NCBI GenBank assembly: GCA_964478995.1
Contig: CAYZJY010000004.1
Coordinates: 1 to 46,167, forward strand
Source: an uncultured bacterium
Lineage (GTDB): Bacteria; Fidelibacterota; Marinisomatia; Marinisomatales; UBA1611
Reading direction: 5' to 3'
DNA: 46,167 nucleotides
Within the stretch, counting starts at the first letter, position 1; each line of letters starts with the position of its first letter. Shown here piece by piece: positions 1 through 8,813 of this stretch. The notes beneath the pieces were generated by a model. That model was not told the DNA's origin. It was given only the letters and a program-made list of their open reading frames with translations, and searched no databases. Made by a program: the position numbers and the translations under genes.

Positions 1-2
1 CA

Positions 3-1502
3 TACCAAGCCATTAGTGCATATAATGATAGATTGATCCATACTCCAAATATCGACCGCATTGCTGAAGAAGGTGCACTATTTACAAATTCCTGTGTGAC
101 GAACTCGATTTGCGCTCCTTCCAGAGCAACCATTCTAACAGGCAAGCATAACCATGTTAATGGTAAGATCGATAATCGTTCACCATTTGATACGACTCAA
201 ATGACATTTCCTCAATTGTTCCAACAGGCTGGATATCAGACAGCCATGTTCGGAAAACTACATTTTGGTAATAATCCAAAAGGTGTAGATGATTTCATGA
301 TCCTTCCTGGTCAGGGGCACTATGTGAACCCTGACTTCATTACTAACCATGGTGATACCACCATCACTGGCTATGTGACCAATATCATTACAGATCTAAC
401 ATTGGACTGGTTACAAAATAAAAGAGATGAAGAAAGACCATTTCTAATGATGTATCTACATAAAGCACCTCACAGACCCTGGTGGCCGGACCCAGAGAAG
501 TTTAAAGAATTTTCAAAAAAACAATTCCCTTTACCTGAGACATTATTTGATAATTATGAGAATAGAGGAACTGCGGCCAAAACTGCAGAGATGAATTTGC
601 TAAAGGATCTGAGGTATGGACATGACTCAAAGATCAGACCAGAGACCATGGCATCAATGAATGACATTGAACCATTTGTTCAGCCATATAACTGGGGCGG
701 ATCTGATGGCTTTACAACTTCCTATGTTCGGTTTAATGAACAGCAAAAGGCTATGTATGACCCAGTAATAGATTCAATAAACGTATGGTTCCAAACCAAT
801 TGGCCACAGATGACAACTAAAGAGAAAATGGAATGGAAATATCAGCGTTACATGCAAGACTATCTTGGATGCATCTCTTCTGTTGATGATAATTTGGGTC
901 GTGTTCTAGACTATTTAGATCAAAATGGGTTGGATGAGAATACAATTGTGATCTATACATCTGATCAAGGGTTTTACTTGGGTGAGCATGGTTGGTTTGA
1001 TAAACGATTCATTTATGACGAGTCCTTTAAAACGCCATTTTTAATTAGATGGCCCAATAAGATAAAGCCAGGGATAAAAAGAACTGAAATGGTACAAAAC
1101 TTGGATTTTGCACAAACGTTCCTAGATGCAGCCAATATCACTCAGCCAAGAGACATGCAGGGGCAGAGCATGCTGCCCTTGTTACTTGAAGAAGAGAAAG
1201 AATGGACAAGGGATGCTGTCTATTATCACTATTATGAATATCCATCCGTTCACATGGTCAAGAGACATTATGGTATCGTGACTGAAAAGTATAAATTGGC
1301 TCACTTTTATTACGATGTGGATGAATGGGAATTATATGATAGATATGCCGATCCAAGTGAAATGAATAATGTTTATGATGACCCAGCCTATAAAGAAATA
1401 GTAGAAACTCTCAAGGTTAGTTTGGCCGACCTCCGCCTAGAGTACAATGATTCGAAAGAATTAGATCAATACTATATTGAAAAATATCTCAGTCAGAGAT
1501 AA
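3..1502 (+). CDS. Cys-type (formylglycine-dependent) sulfatase, 5'-partial (open to the left window edge)
   Basis: The frame stays open from nt 3 to the listed ATG at 33 (..YQAISAYNDRLIHTPNIDRIA..). It has the sulfatase signature C-A-P-S-R (Cys codon 111-113) followed by ATILTG, and a later SDQGFYLGEHGWFDKR motif typical of the arylsulfatase / N-acetylglucosamine-6-sulfatase family. Confidence 0.9.
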   Translation, partial: YQAISAYNDRLIHTPNIDRIAEEGALFTNSCVTNSICAPSRATILTGKHNHVNGKIDNRSPFDTTQMTFPQLFQQAGYQTAMFGKLHFGNNPKGVDDFMILPGQGHYVNPDFITNHGDTTITGYVTNIITDLTLDWLQNKRDEERPFLMMYLHKAPHRPWWPDPEKFKEFSKKQFPLPETLFDNYENRGTAAKTAEMNLLKDLRYGHDSKIRPETMASMNDIEPFVQPYNWGGSDGFTTSYVRFNEQQKAMYDPVIDSINVWFQTNWPQMTTKEKMEWKYQRYMQDYLGCISSVDDNLGRVLDYLDQNGLDENTIVIYTSDQGFYLGEHGWFDKRFIYDESFKTPFLIRWPNKIKPGIKRTEMVQNLDFAQTFLDAANITQPRDMQGQSMLPLLLEEEKEWTRDAVYYHYYEYPSVHMVKRHYGIVTEKYKLAHFYYDVDEWELYDRYADPSEMNNVYDDPAYKEIVETLKVSLADLRLEYNDSKELDQYYIEKYLSQR

Positions 1503-1523
1503 GTGCGTCCAATGTCCTATAAC

Positions 1524-1550
1524 AAAAAACCCGCTAAAAGTAGCGGGTTT
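1524..1550. terminator. Bidirectional rho-independent terminator between the convergent sulfatase gene and tRNA
   Basis: Perfect 7-bp stem CCCGCTA / TAGCGGG (1530-1536 / 1541-1547) with a 4-nt loop AAAG. It is flanked by an A6 run upstream and TTT downstream, so it reads as hairpin plus U-tract on both strands. Confidence 0.7.
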
Positions 1551-1569
1551 CTGATTTGTGATTTACAAG

Positions 1570-1643
1570 TAGCGGAGGAGAGACTTGAACTCCCGACACC
1601 CGGATTATGATTCCGGTGCTCTAACCAGCTGAGCTACTCCGCC
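1570..1643 (-). tRNA. tRNA with CAT anticodon (elongator tRNA-Met, or tRNA-Ile2 if lysidine-modified)
   Basis: The reverse complement GGCGGAGTAGCTCAGCTGGTTAGAGCACCGGAATCATAATCCGGGTGTCGGGAGTTCAAGTCTCTCCTCCGCTA folds by hand into a 74-nt cloverleaf. It has a 7-bp acceptor stem, a GCTC/GAGC D stem, a CCGGA/TCCGG anticodon stem with loop AT-CAT-AA, and a TTCAAGT T-loop. No CCA is encoded. Confidence 0.9.
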
Positions 1644-1728
1644 ATTAATTTGTTTTTTAAAGCCAGGAAAATTATGTGATACTTGCCTCTAAAACCAATG
1701 AGAAATAGGAATGGAATTTTCCCTTTAT

Positions 1729-1758
1729 CTGACATTTCTTTCCCTTAATTTTTAGCAT
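1729..1758 (+). promoter_or_regulatory. Possible sigma-70-type promoter for gdhA
   Basis: CTGACA (1729-1734), an 18-nt spacer, then TAGCAT (1753-1758), about 25 nt upstream of the gdhA ATG. This is a pattern match only, and promoter consensus in this lineage may differ. Confidence 0.2.
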
Positions 1759-1774
1759 TACTATTCACAAATAG

Positions 1775-3121
<1,347 letters not shown>

Positions 3122-3127
3122 GCAGGC

Positions 3128-6106
3128 TCATATGCCACTTGATTCTTCCTCATCCATGATGATCAATTCTTTATTCTCCATGGGTTGGTAGATCTCCCCT
3201 TTGCCTGTTGTACCATTCAAAGTGATGGTCATGGGCTCATCAAAATGATACCATTTAGTATACTTGTTTGATTTTTTCAAATGGTCATCGCGAAGCCATC
3301 CTAGGTCTAGTTGATCATCCTTATTCTTTGGATTCACTGTAAAATATGCCACATGTAGACTTGTAATGTTTTGGAAGAAATGACTACCAAATGAAGGGTC
3401 GATGGGGAGATCTTTCAACCCAACCTCAATAATTGCCTTCGCTTGAGATATCTCACGCCATTGAACCGGTATTCCTAGCCAAGGGTCTGCAGAGCCCCAA
3501 CGTCCAGGACCACATATTACGTATTGTTTTTTATTTTTGAATTTTTTATTGAAGGAGGACACCTCTTTAGCAATGTCTTTTGTTTTACTAGGGTCAAATG
3601 TTTCTTCTTTGACAATGACCAGATCTCTTATGTCATCGATCATACCATCCCCCAAGGTGACACTACTTTTGCAAAATCTTGCCTTTGATTCAATCTTTTC
3701 ATCTTTTGACGATCGATGAAGGCCTGTCACGACCATGGGTTTGATCTGTAATAAGCAAAATTCAGGTTTCTTTTCTTCATGCATGTTAACCGCAAATTCT
3801 ATCTCTACTGGACAGCCTAATGCCTTTTTTCCTAGAGAGAGCACCTCTTTTGCTAGTTTGGAGAAGGGGATCGAATTCCATTTCAAGATGGGAGCAAAAG
3901 AGATAATGCGTGATCCAGATGTGGATAGCGAGTCTCTTATTGTACCATCGTCATGAGAAATGACGCTCCCCGACCATTTGAGTGAACCATCGTCTTCTGC
4001 TTGTTTTAGGTCATACAGTAGTAGATCATCTTTACTTTGGTCTTTTGCCTTAAGTGGTAAGGCGTAGAATTCATTCTGTGAACTTTGTTTGGTTGACTTG
4101 ATCGAATAGAATTGAGGGAGTATGGTAGGATATTCTGGTGATATTCTAAGGCATTTTTCGCCATCAACGATGGTTCTCCCAAAACCTAAGGCAAGGTAGG
4201 CAACACCCTCATCACGCTTCATGTACGAAACCGGGTAGTAATTGATGCTTTGTAACACTCCACTAAATGTAGGATAGAATCGTTTACCCTGATATGGCTG
4301 TCCAACTACTTCCTGTATCAAAATAGCCATTTTTTCTTCTTGAATTCTATGGGCAGTATTATCCAATAAAGATCTTGCCTCGCCTTTGAATGTTGATGAG
4401 AAAACCTTTTTTATGGCTTGGGTCAATTCATTCAGTCTTTTTTTAGCAGATCTTGAATTATTTGCTAACATGTATGTTTCGTATGTTCCTGATAGTGGTT
4501 GGTATTGTGAGTCCTCTAATAAACTAGATGAACGTACCGCCAAGGGATATGTATTATCTTTGATGAAAACTTCCAATTTTAAAGTTAGGTCTATGGATAG
4601 TCTTGCCTTCATGAAGGTCTTTTCTAATTTTTTATCATCAGTGCCTAGTAGTGCAATCTCCCATAGTTGATTATCCTTCATGAATTGATCGAATTCATTT
4701 GTACCTATGACGGCACATTTTGGGACTCGGATATTTATATCCTTGAATTTTGATTTTACACCTGAATTATTGATCATTGATCGTGCAAATCCAAGTCCAC
4801 GTGCCTTTCCACCCAATGATCCACCGCAAAGTCTGAAAAATTCTGACCTATCTCTATCGAATCTCGAAGATGCATAGTCCAATACCCGTTCCTTTGATTC
4901 CTCTTTATTTGAATAAAGGAGTTTTAGTAAATATGACCTTAGGGATTCACCATCTTTAAATTCATGTGCGAATACTTGTCGAAGTTTAGATGCAAGTCCA
5001 AATTCTGTTCTTGCTGCGAGCCAGTTTGAAAAATGGTGGCTACTGGCATGGTGGAGCAATGATTCTACAGGTATGGTTTCTATTCCTTGGACAAACTCTT
5101 CTATGGTAGTTGCTCTTTCAACTTCTTTTTGGTCGGGGAGTCTAAATATGAAATCACCAAAACCAAAATTATTGATCATGAATTCACGAAGGTCATTGAG
5201 GAGTGTAGGTGACTCCTTATGTAAAAAGTTTGATTTTACCTCATCTGCCATCTTCTCATTTTCACTTTGGGTAGATTGAAGCAGGATCGGTATGGATGGG
5301 TCTATTTCCCTAGCCCATTTTGCGAAATCAAGTCCAGCCTCTGAATATTTAATCCCTTTTCTAGGAAATCGAATATCAGAGATGATTCCTATCATGTTAT
5401 CTTTATATTGTTTAAAGAATTTTTGAGCAGTTTCATAGTTCGGTGTTAATAGTATCTTAGGTCGTCCTCTCAAATGTAGCAGTCTTCTTGATTGACTAAG
5501 GCTACGATTTACAAGGTTCTTTGTTTGGTACATGATCTCTTTATATATGAGTGGTAATAAAACAGAATACATTCTAGGGGAATCTTCTATCAGTAGGATC
5601 GAGCGAACATTTCCATTTGTAATGTCTTGTTTGGCATTTTTCCTATCTTCAATATATTTGATGATGGCAGGAAAAACACTTGCATCACCTGACCATATAA
5701 ATACCCTATTAATAGACTTTGGAGATATCTCATTAGGTAATTGTTTAAGTTCTGTTTCATCGAAAGAGAGTAATATGACAGGTTTTTTTGGGTATGATTC
5801 TTTAATTTTTTTCCCTAACGAGATCGGATCTTGGTCTTCGATCCTCAGCATGAGAATGATAAGGTCAAATTTTTTCTTTTTTATGATCCTCATTGCCTGT
5901 TGGCCAGTGGAAACTCTTGTGACTCTTGGAGCATAATGAAAATTCATTCCTATGTATTCCGTAAGAATTTGCTCGGTCAGGTGTCCATCTTCCTCCAAGA
6001 TGAAAGCGTCATAAGGGCTTGCAACGAGTAAGATCTCATGGACTCTATGCCCCATGAGGTCTTGAAAATCTATTTTGGTATTGTTTCCAACAAAAAAATC
6101 AGCCAT
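3128..6106 (-). CDS. Pseudo-receiver + receiver domain protein fused to a PEP synthase/PPDK-type ATP-grasp (PEP/pyruvate-binding, PPDK_N-like) domain and an uncharacterised C-terminal domain
   Basis: 992 aa. Residues ~22-125 look receiver-like but lack the acidic pocket (ILLVASPYD; LIILMLRIED where the phospho-Asp is expected). Residues ~167-300 form a canonical receiver (ILLIEDSP, IGIISDIRFP, ILLQST). Residues ~420-790 carry GGKARGLGF and VRSSSLLEDS as in the nucleotide-binding domain of PEP synthase / pyruvate phosphate dikinase. I saw no TSHAA-type phosphohistidine motif. The C-terminus has a conserved-looking block GPGRWGSADPWLGIPV...DPSFGSHFFQN. Confidence 0.75.
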   Translation of the reverse strand: MADFFVGNNTKIDFQDLMGHRVHEILLVASPYDAFILEEDGHLTEQILTEYIGMNFHYAPRVTRVSTGQQAMRIIKKKKFDLIILMLRIEDQDPISLGKKIKESYPKKPVILLSFDETELKQLPNEISPKSINRVFIWSGDASVFPAIIKYIEDRKNAKQDITNGNVRSILLIEDSPRMYSVLLPLIYKEIMYQTKNLVNRSLSQSRRLLHLRGRPKILLTPNYETAQKFFKQYKDNMIGIISDIRFPRKGIKYSEAGLDFAKWAREIDPSIPILLQSTQSENEKMADEVKSNFLHKESPTLLNDLREFMINNFGFGDFIFRLPDQKEVERATTIEEFVQGIETIPVESLLHHASSHHFSNWLAARTEFGLASKLRQVFAHEFKDGESLRSYLLKLLYSNKEESKERVLDYASSRFDRDRSEFFRLCGGSLGGKARGLGFARSMINNSGVKSKFKDINIRVPKCAVIGTNEFDQFMKDNQLWEIALLGTDDKKLEKTFMKARLSIDLTLKLEVFIKDNTYPLAVRSSSLLEDSQYQPLSGTYETYMLANNSRSAKKRLNELTQAIKKVFSSTFKGEARSLLDNTAHRIQEEKMAILIQEVVGQPYQGKRFYPTFSGVLQSINYYPVSYMKRDEGVAYLALGFGRTIVDGEKCLRISPEYPTILPQFYSIKSTKQSSQNEFYALPLKAKDQSKDDLLLYDLKQAEDDGSLKWSGSVISHDDGTIRDSLSTSGSRIISFAPILKWNSIPFSKLAKEVLSLGKKALGCPVEIEFAVNMHEEKKPEFCLLQIKPMVVTGLHRSSKDEKIESKARFCKSSVTLGDGMIDDIRDLVIVKEETFDPSKTKDIAKEVSSFNKKFKNKKQYVICGPGRWGSADPWLGIPVQWREISQAKAIIEVGLKDLPIDPSFGSHFFQNITSLHVAYFTVNPKNKDDQLDLGWLRDDHLKKSNKYTKWYHFDEPMTITLNGTTGKGEIYQPMENKELIIMDEEESSGI

Positions 6107-6277
6107 GGGTAATGTTAACTAATGCTGAAAGAAAAATGCATTTTCTTTCAAACGACTTTGGGATGTAGATGTAAATAATCATAATTTACGGCTTATCTAA
6201 TGGCTTTTTTGACAAAAGATCTACTGACTATTCCATTTGTGGCGATGCCACCATTGAACACCATTTTTTAACTTTTA

Positions 6278-7465
6278 ATGATAAAGACACTTAAAGCCTT
6301 CGATCTTCTAGGGAAGAACATATTGATTCGTACTGATTTTAATGTCCCCATGGATGGAGAGAGAGTTGCGAATAATTTTAGAATAAAGGCAGCACTACCA
6401 ACTATAATGACCTGTCTGGATGCAGGTGCGGCTGTAGTGATCATGACGCACATGGGTAGGCCCAAGGGTAAGATCGTTGAAGACCTTAGCCTAATGCCAG
6501 TGGGAGAGGAATTGGCTGGACTTTTAGAAATGCCGATCAAATTCTCAGACAATTGCGTATCAACAGATGCCATTGATACGTCCATTAGTCTAAAACCAGG
6601 CGAGATCCATTTATTGGAAAATTTACGTTTTCATGATGGTGAGGAATCCAATTCCATGGAATTCTCCACGCAACTTGCAAGACATGGTCAAATATTCATC
6701 AATGATGCTTTTGGCACTGCACATAGGTCCCATGCTTCAAATATAGGTGTGATACCTCATTTCAAGAACGCAGGCATAGGTTGGTTAATGGATAAGGAAT
6801 TAAACTATTTAGAGAGATTCATGTCTAGGCCAAAAACTCCATTGACCCTTGTTCTAGGAGGAGCAAAAATAGATACCAAATTAGGATTGATCGATCAATT
6901 TCTAGATAAAGCTGATTATATTGTGATCGGTGGTGGGATGTCCTTCACCTTTTTAAAGGCAAAGGGAAAGAATGTAGGAGGTTCACTTGTTGATGATGCG
7001 ATGATATCGACAGCAAAGGCCATCATGAATAAGGCAAGGGTCAAAGGGGCAAAATTAGTTTTACCATCTGATGCACTTTGTGCCAGATCATTAAAAGATA
7101 ATACCCAGGAAGGACCTTTCCCCATTGAGGATATTCCTGATGACTTGATGGGATTAGATCTTGGTCCTGACTCCATTCATCGGTTTAATAGTATTTTAGG
7201 GAATTCAAAAACCATACTCTGGAATGGACCAATGGGCGTCTTTGAATTAGATGGATTTGAGTCTGGCACCAGAGACATGGCCATCCACCTCGTTAGTTGC
7301 GTTGCCAATGGATCAAAGGTCATTGTAGGCGGAGGTGATACGGCTGCGGCATTGGAAGGTTTTGGATTAATGAAGGAAATGACCCACGTATCTACAGGAG
7401 GCGGTGCTTCTTTGGAATTATTAAGTGGAAACCCATTGCCTGCAATAACTGCATTGGAGAGATAA
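6278..7465 (+). CDS. pgk: Phosphoglycerate kinase
   Basis: 395 aa with LIRTDFNVP, FINDAFGTAHRSHAS, GGAKIDTKL and VIVGGGDTAAA hallmarks. Confidence 0.97.
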   Translation: MIKTLKAFDLLGKNILIRTDFNVPMDGERVANNFRIKAALPTIMTCLDAGAAVVIMTHMGRPKGKIVEDLSLMPVGEELAGLLEMPIKFSDNCVSTDAIDTSISLKPGEIHLLENLRFHDGEESNSMEFSTQLARHGQIFINDAFGTAHRSHASNIGVIPHFKNAGIGWLMDKELNYLERFMSRPKTPLTLVLGGAKIDTKLGLIDQFLDKADYIVIGGGMSFTFLKAKGKNVGGSLVDDAMISTAKAIMNKARVKGAKLVLPSDALCARSLKDNTQEGPFPIEDIPDDLMGLDLGPDSIHRFNSILGNSKTILWNGPMGVFELDGFESGTRDMAIHLVSCVANGSKVIVGGGDTAAALEGFGLMKEMTHVSTGGGASLELLSGNPLPAITALER

Positions 7466-7466
7466 A

Positions 7467-8225
7467 ATGAAAAAAACACCCATAGTCGCGGGGAATTGGA
7501 AGATGCACAAACTTCCATCAGAAGGAACATCCTTTGTTGGTGAGGTGATGAACTTGGTTTTGGATATCAAATCTGTATCAGTTATCTTCGCGCCGCCGTT
7601 TACGGGGCTCTTTGAAATGAATGTTGAACCACCATTTCATGTTGCTGCACAGAATTGCCATTGGGAAGAGACAGGTGCATTTACTGGTGAGATATCGATT
7701 CCCATGATCAAAGATTGTGGAGCCAGTCATGTGATCGTCGGACATTCTGAGAGGCGACATGTCTTTGGTGAGACCAATGAGTGGATCAATAAGAAAATGA
7801 AGGCATTACTTACCCATGGGTTAAAGCCAATTCTATGCATAGGGGAAACTCTCGAGCAAAGAGAATCTGGCTCAACTGAACTTGTTATAAAAGAGCAATT
7901 GGAAAAAGGGTTTTCTTCGATCAATGACATTGATAATTGCATTATTGCCTATGAACCGGTATGGGCAATAGGTACTGGTATTACGGCAAATATGGAGCAG
8001 GTGGAAATGGCCCATGAGTTAATTCGGGAGATCATTGGTGAAGATCATGACGGTAGCAATGATATGCACATTTTATATGGTGGCTCTGTAAATTCAGGGA
8101 ATGCAGAAGACCTAATTCAGATAGAAGGGGTTGATGGATTTTTAATTGGAGGTGCAAGTTTGGATGCTAGTTCATTTGCATCGATAATAAGAACTGTTGA
8201 AGAAGTTCAGGAGAATATAAAATGA
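7467..8225 (+). CDS. tpiA: Triosephosphate isomerase
   Basis: 252 aa with AGNWKMH, VIVGHSERR, AYEPVWAIGTG (catalytic Glu) and LIGGASL. It starts 1 nt after the pgk stop. Confidence 0.97.
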   Translation: MKKTPIVAGNWKMHKLPSEGTSFVGEVMNLVLDIKSVSVIFAPPFTGLFEMNVEPPFHVAAQNCHWEETGAFTGEISIPMIKDCGASHVIVGHSERRHVFGETNEWINKKMKALLTHGLKPILCIGETLEQRESGSTELVIKEQLEKGFSSINDIDNCIIAYEPVWAIGTGITANMEQVEMAHELIREIIGEDHDGSNDMHILYGGSVNSGNAEDLIQIEGVDGFLIGGASLDASSFASIIRTVEEVQENIK

Positions 8226-8569
8226 CAGGATTTTTAATAGTGATACATACAATTGTGAGTCTTCTACTCATTGCAGTTGTCCTAATGCAGGCCAGTCAAG
8301 GTGGTGGTCTATCAGGTACATTTGGTGGAAATGCTGCTAGTTCTGTGCTTGGTGGCCAGAACGCAGGAAATGTACTCAGTAGGGTAACAACTTGGCTTGC
8401 AACCTTATTTCTTGTTTTAGCGGTAATTATTAGCGTTCTAAGTGGCCCTGGTGATAGCAGTGGAACTTCATTGGTTAGGCAGGCTGCAGAAAATAGACCT
8501 GAGGTACCTGCTGTAAATGTCCCACCCGTTGATGGCGAGGCAACCTTGGATCTTGATGGAGGAGAATAA
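8222..8569 (+). CDS. secG: Preprotein translocase subunit SecG
   Basis: 115 aa. Two hydrophobic segments flank the Gly-rich loop MQASQGGGLSGTFGGNAASSVLG. It overlaps the tpiA stop in an ATGA junction. Confidence 0.9.
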   Translation: MTGFLIVIHTIVSLLLIAVVLMQASQGGGLSGTFGGNAASSVLGGQNAGNVLSRVTTWLATLFLVLAVIISVLSGPGDSSGTSLVRQAAENRPEVPAVNVPPVDGEATLDLDGGE

Positions 8570-8627
8570 TAATATTTAATTAGCACTATTTTAGGATCAA
8601 CGTAGTTTGCAAAAGCCACAAGATCAT

Positions 8628-8714
8628 GCCGAAGTGGTGGAATTGGTAGACACGCATGCTTGAGGGGCATGTGGGGGAAACCCCGTGCCGGTTCGAGTCC
8701 GGCCTTCGGCACCA
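8628..8714 (+). tRNA. tRNA-Leu (GAG anticodon), class II with long variable arm, CCA encoded
   Basis: GCCGAAGTGGTGGAATTGGTAGACACGCATGCTTGAGGGGCATGTGGGGGAAACCCCGTGCCGGTTCGAGTCCGGCCTTCGGCACCA. Acceptor stem GCCGAAG/CTTCGGC, anticodon stem CATGC/GCATG with loop TT-GAG-GG, variable arm GGGGG-AAA-CCCC, T arm GCCGG-TTCGAGT-CCGGC. Confidence 0.95.
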
Positions 8715-8721
8715 ACAAAAA

Positions 8722-8747
8722 AGCCCAACATGTTGCGGGCTTTTTTT
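8722..8747 (+). terminator. Rho-independent terminator after tRNA-Leu
   Basis: AGCCC (8722-8726) pairs with GGGCT (8737-8741) and is followed by a T7 run. The stem is short, so confidence is moderate. Confidence 0.55.
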
Positions 8748-8760
8748 ATTTTTCAATCAG

Positions 8761-8789
8761 TTGACCAAGAGCTTGCAATAATTTAGATT
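8761..8789 (+). promoter_or_regulatory. Possible sigma-70-type promoter for the coiled-coil protein gene
   Basis: TTGACC (8761-8766), a 17-nt spacer, then TAGATT (8784-8789). It sits just downstream of the terminator and about 25 nt upstream of the ATG at 8814. Pattern match only. Confidence 0.3.
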
Positions 8790-8813
8790 CCGTTGCTAAA
8801 GAAGTCGCATCAC

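Noticed and set aside
3537-6031. Six + strand ORFs (60-134 aa) inside the 992-aa minus-strand gene, and similar short antisense ORFs inside pgk, tpiA, nnr, recN, murA, trkH, uvrB, nadE and others
   Set aside because: All are nested antisense to long ORFs with strong family motifs. Their translations are low-complexity (Ser/Phe/Leu/Ile-rich), and none has its own intergenic space.
8296-8718. 140-aa minus-strand ORF spanning the secG coding region and the tRNA-Leu gene
   Set aside because: It overlaps a clear SecG and runs straight through a well-folded tRNA. Its Pro/Gly/Ala-rich composition is what the reverse complement of the Gly-rich secG loop would give. I consider it spurious.
8761-8777. 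TTGACCAAGAGCTTGCA resembles a sigma-54 promoter in spacing (-24/-12 elements 12 nt apart, TTGCA present)
   Set aside because: The -24 element reads TGACCA instead of TGGCAC, so it loses the invariant GG. The same bases fit a sigma-70 -35 TTGACC with a 17-nt spacer to TAGATT much better.
8793-8813. N-terminal extensions in the supplied ORF track (TTG 8793, ATG 22786, ATG 34198, ATG 42534)
   Set aside because: Each extension overlaps the preceding gene or a promoter and adds residues that destroy an otherwise canonical signal peptide or family N-terminus. Internal starts fit better: 8814, 22828 (TAATG junction), 34306 and 42582 (strong SD).
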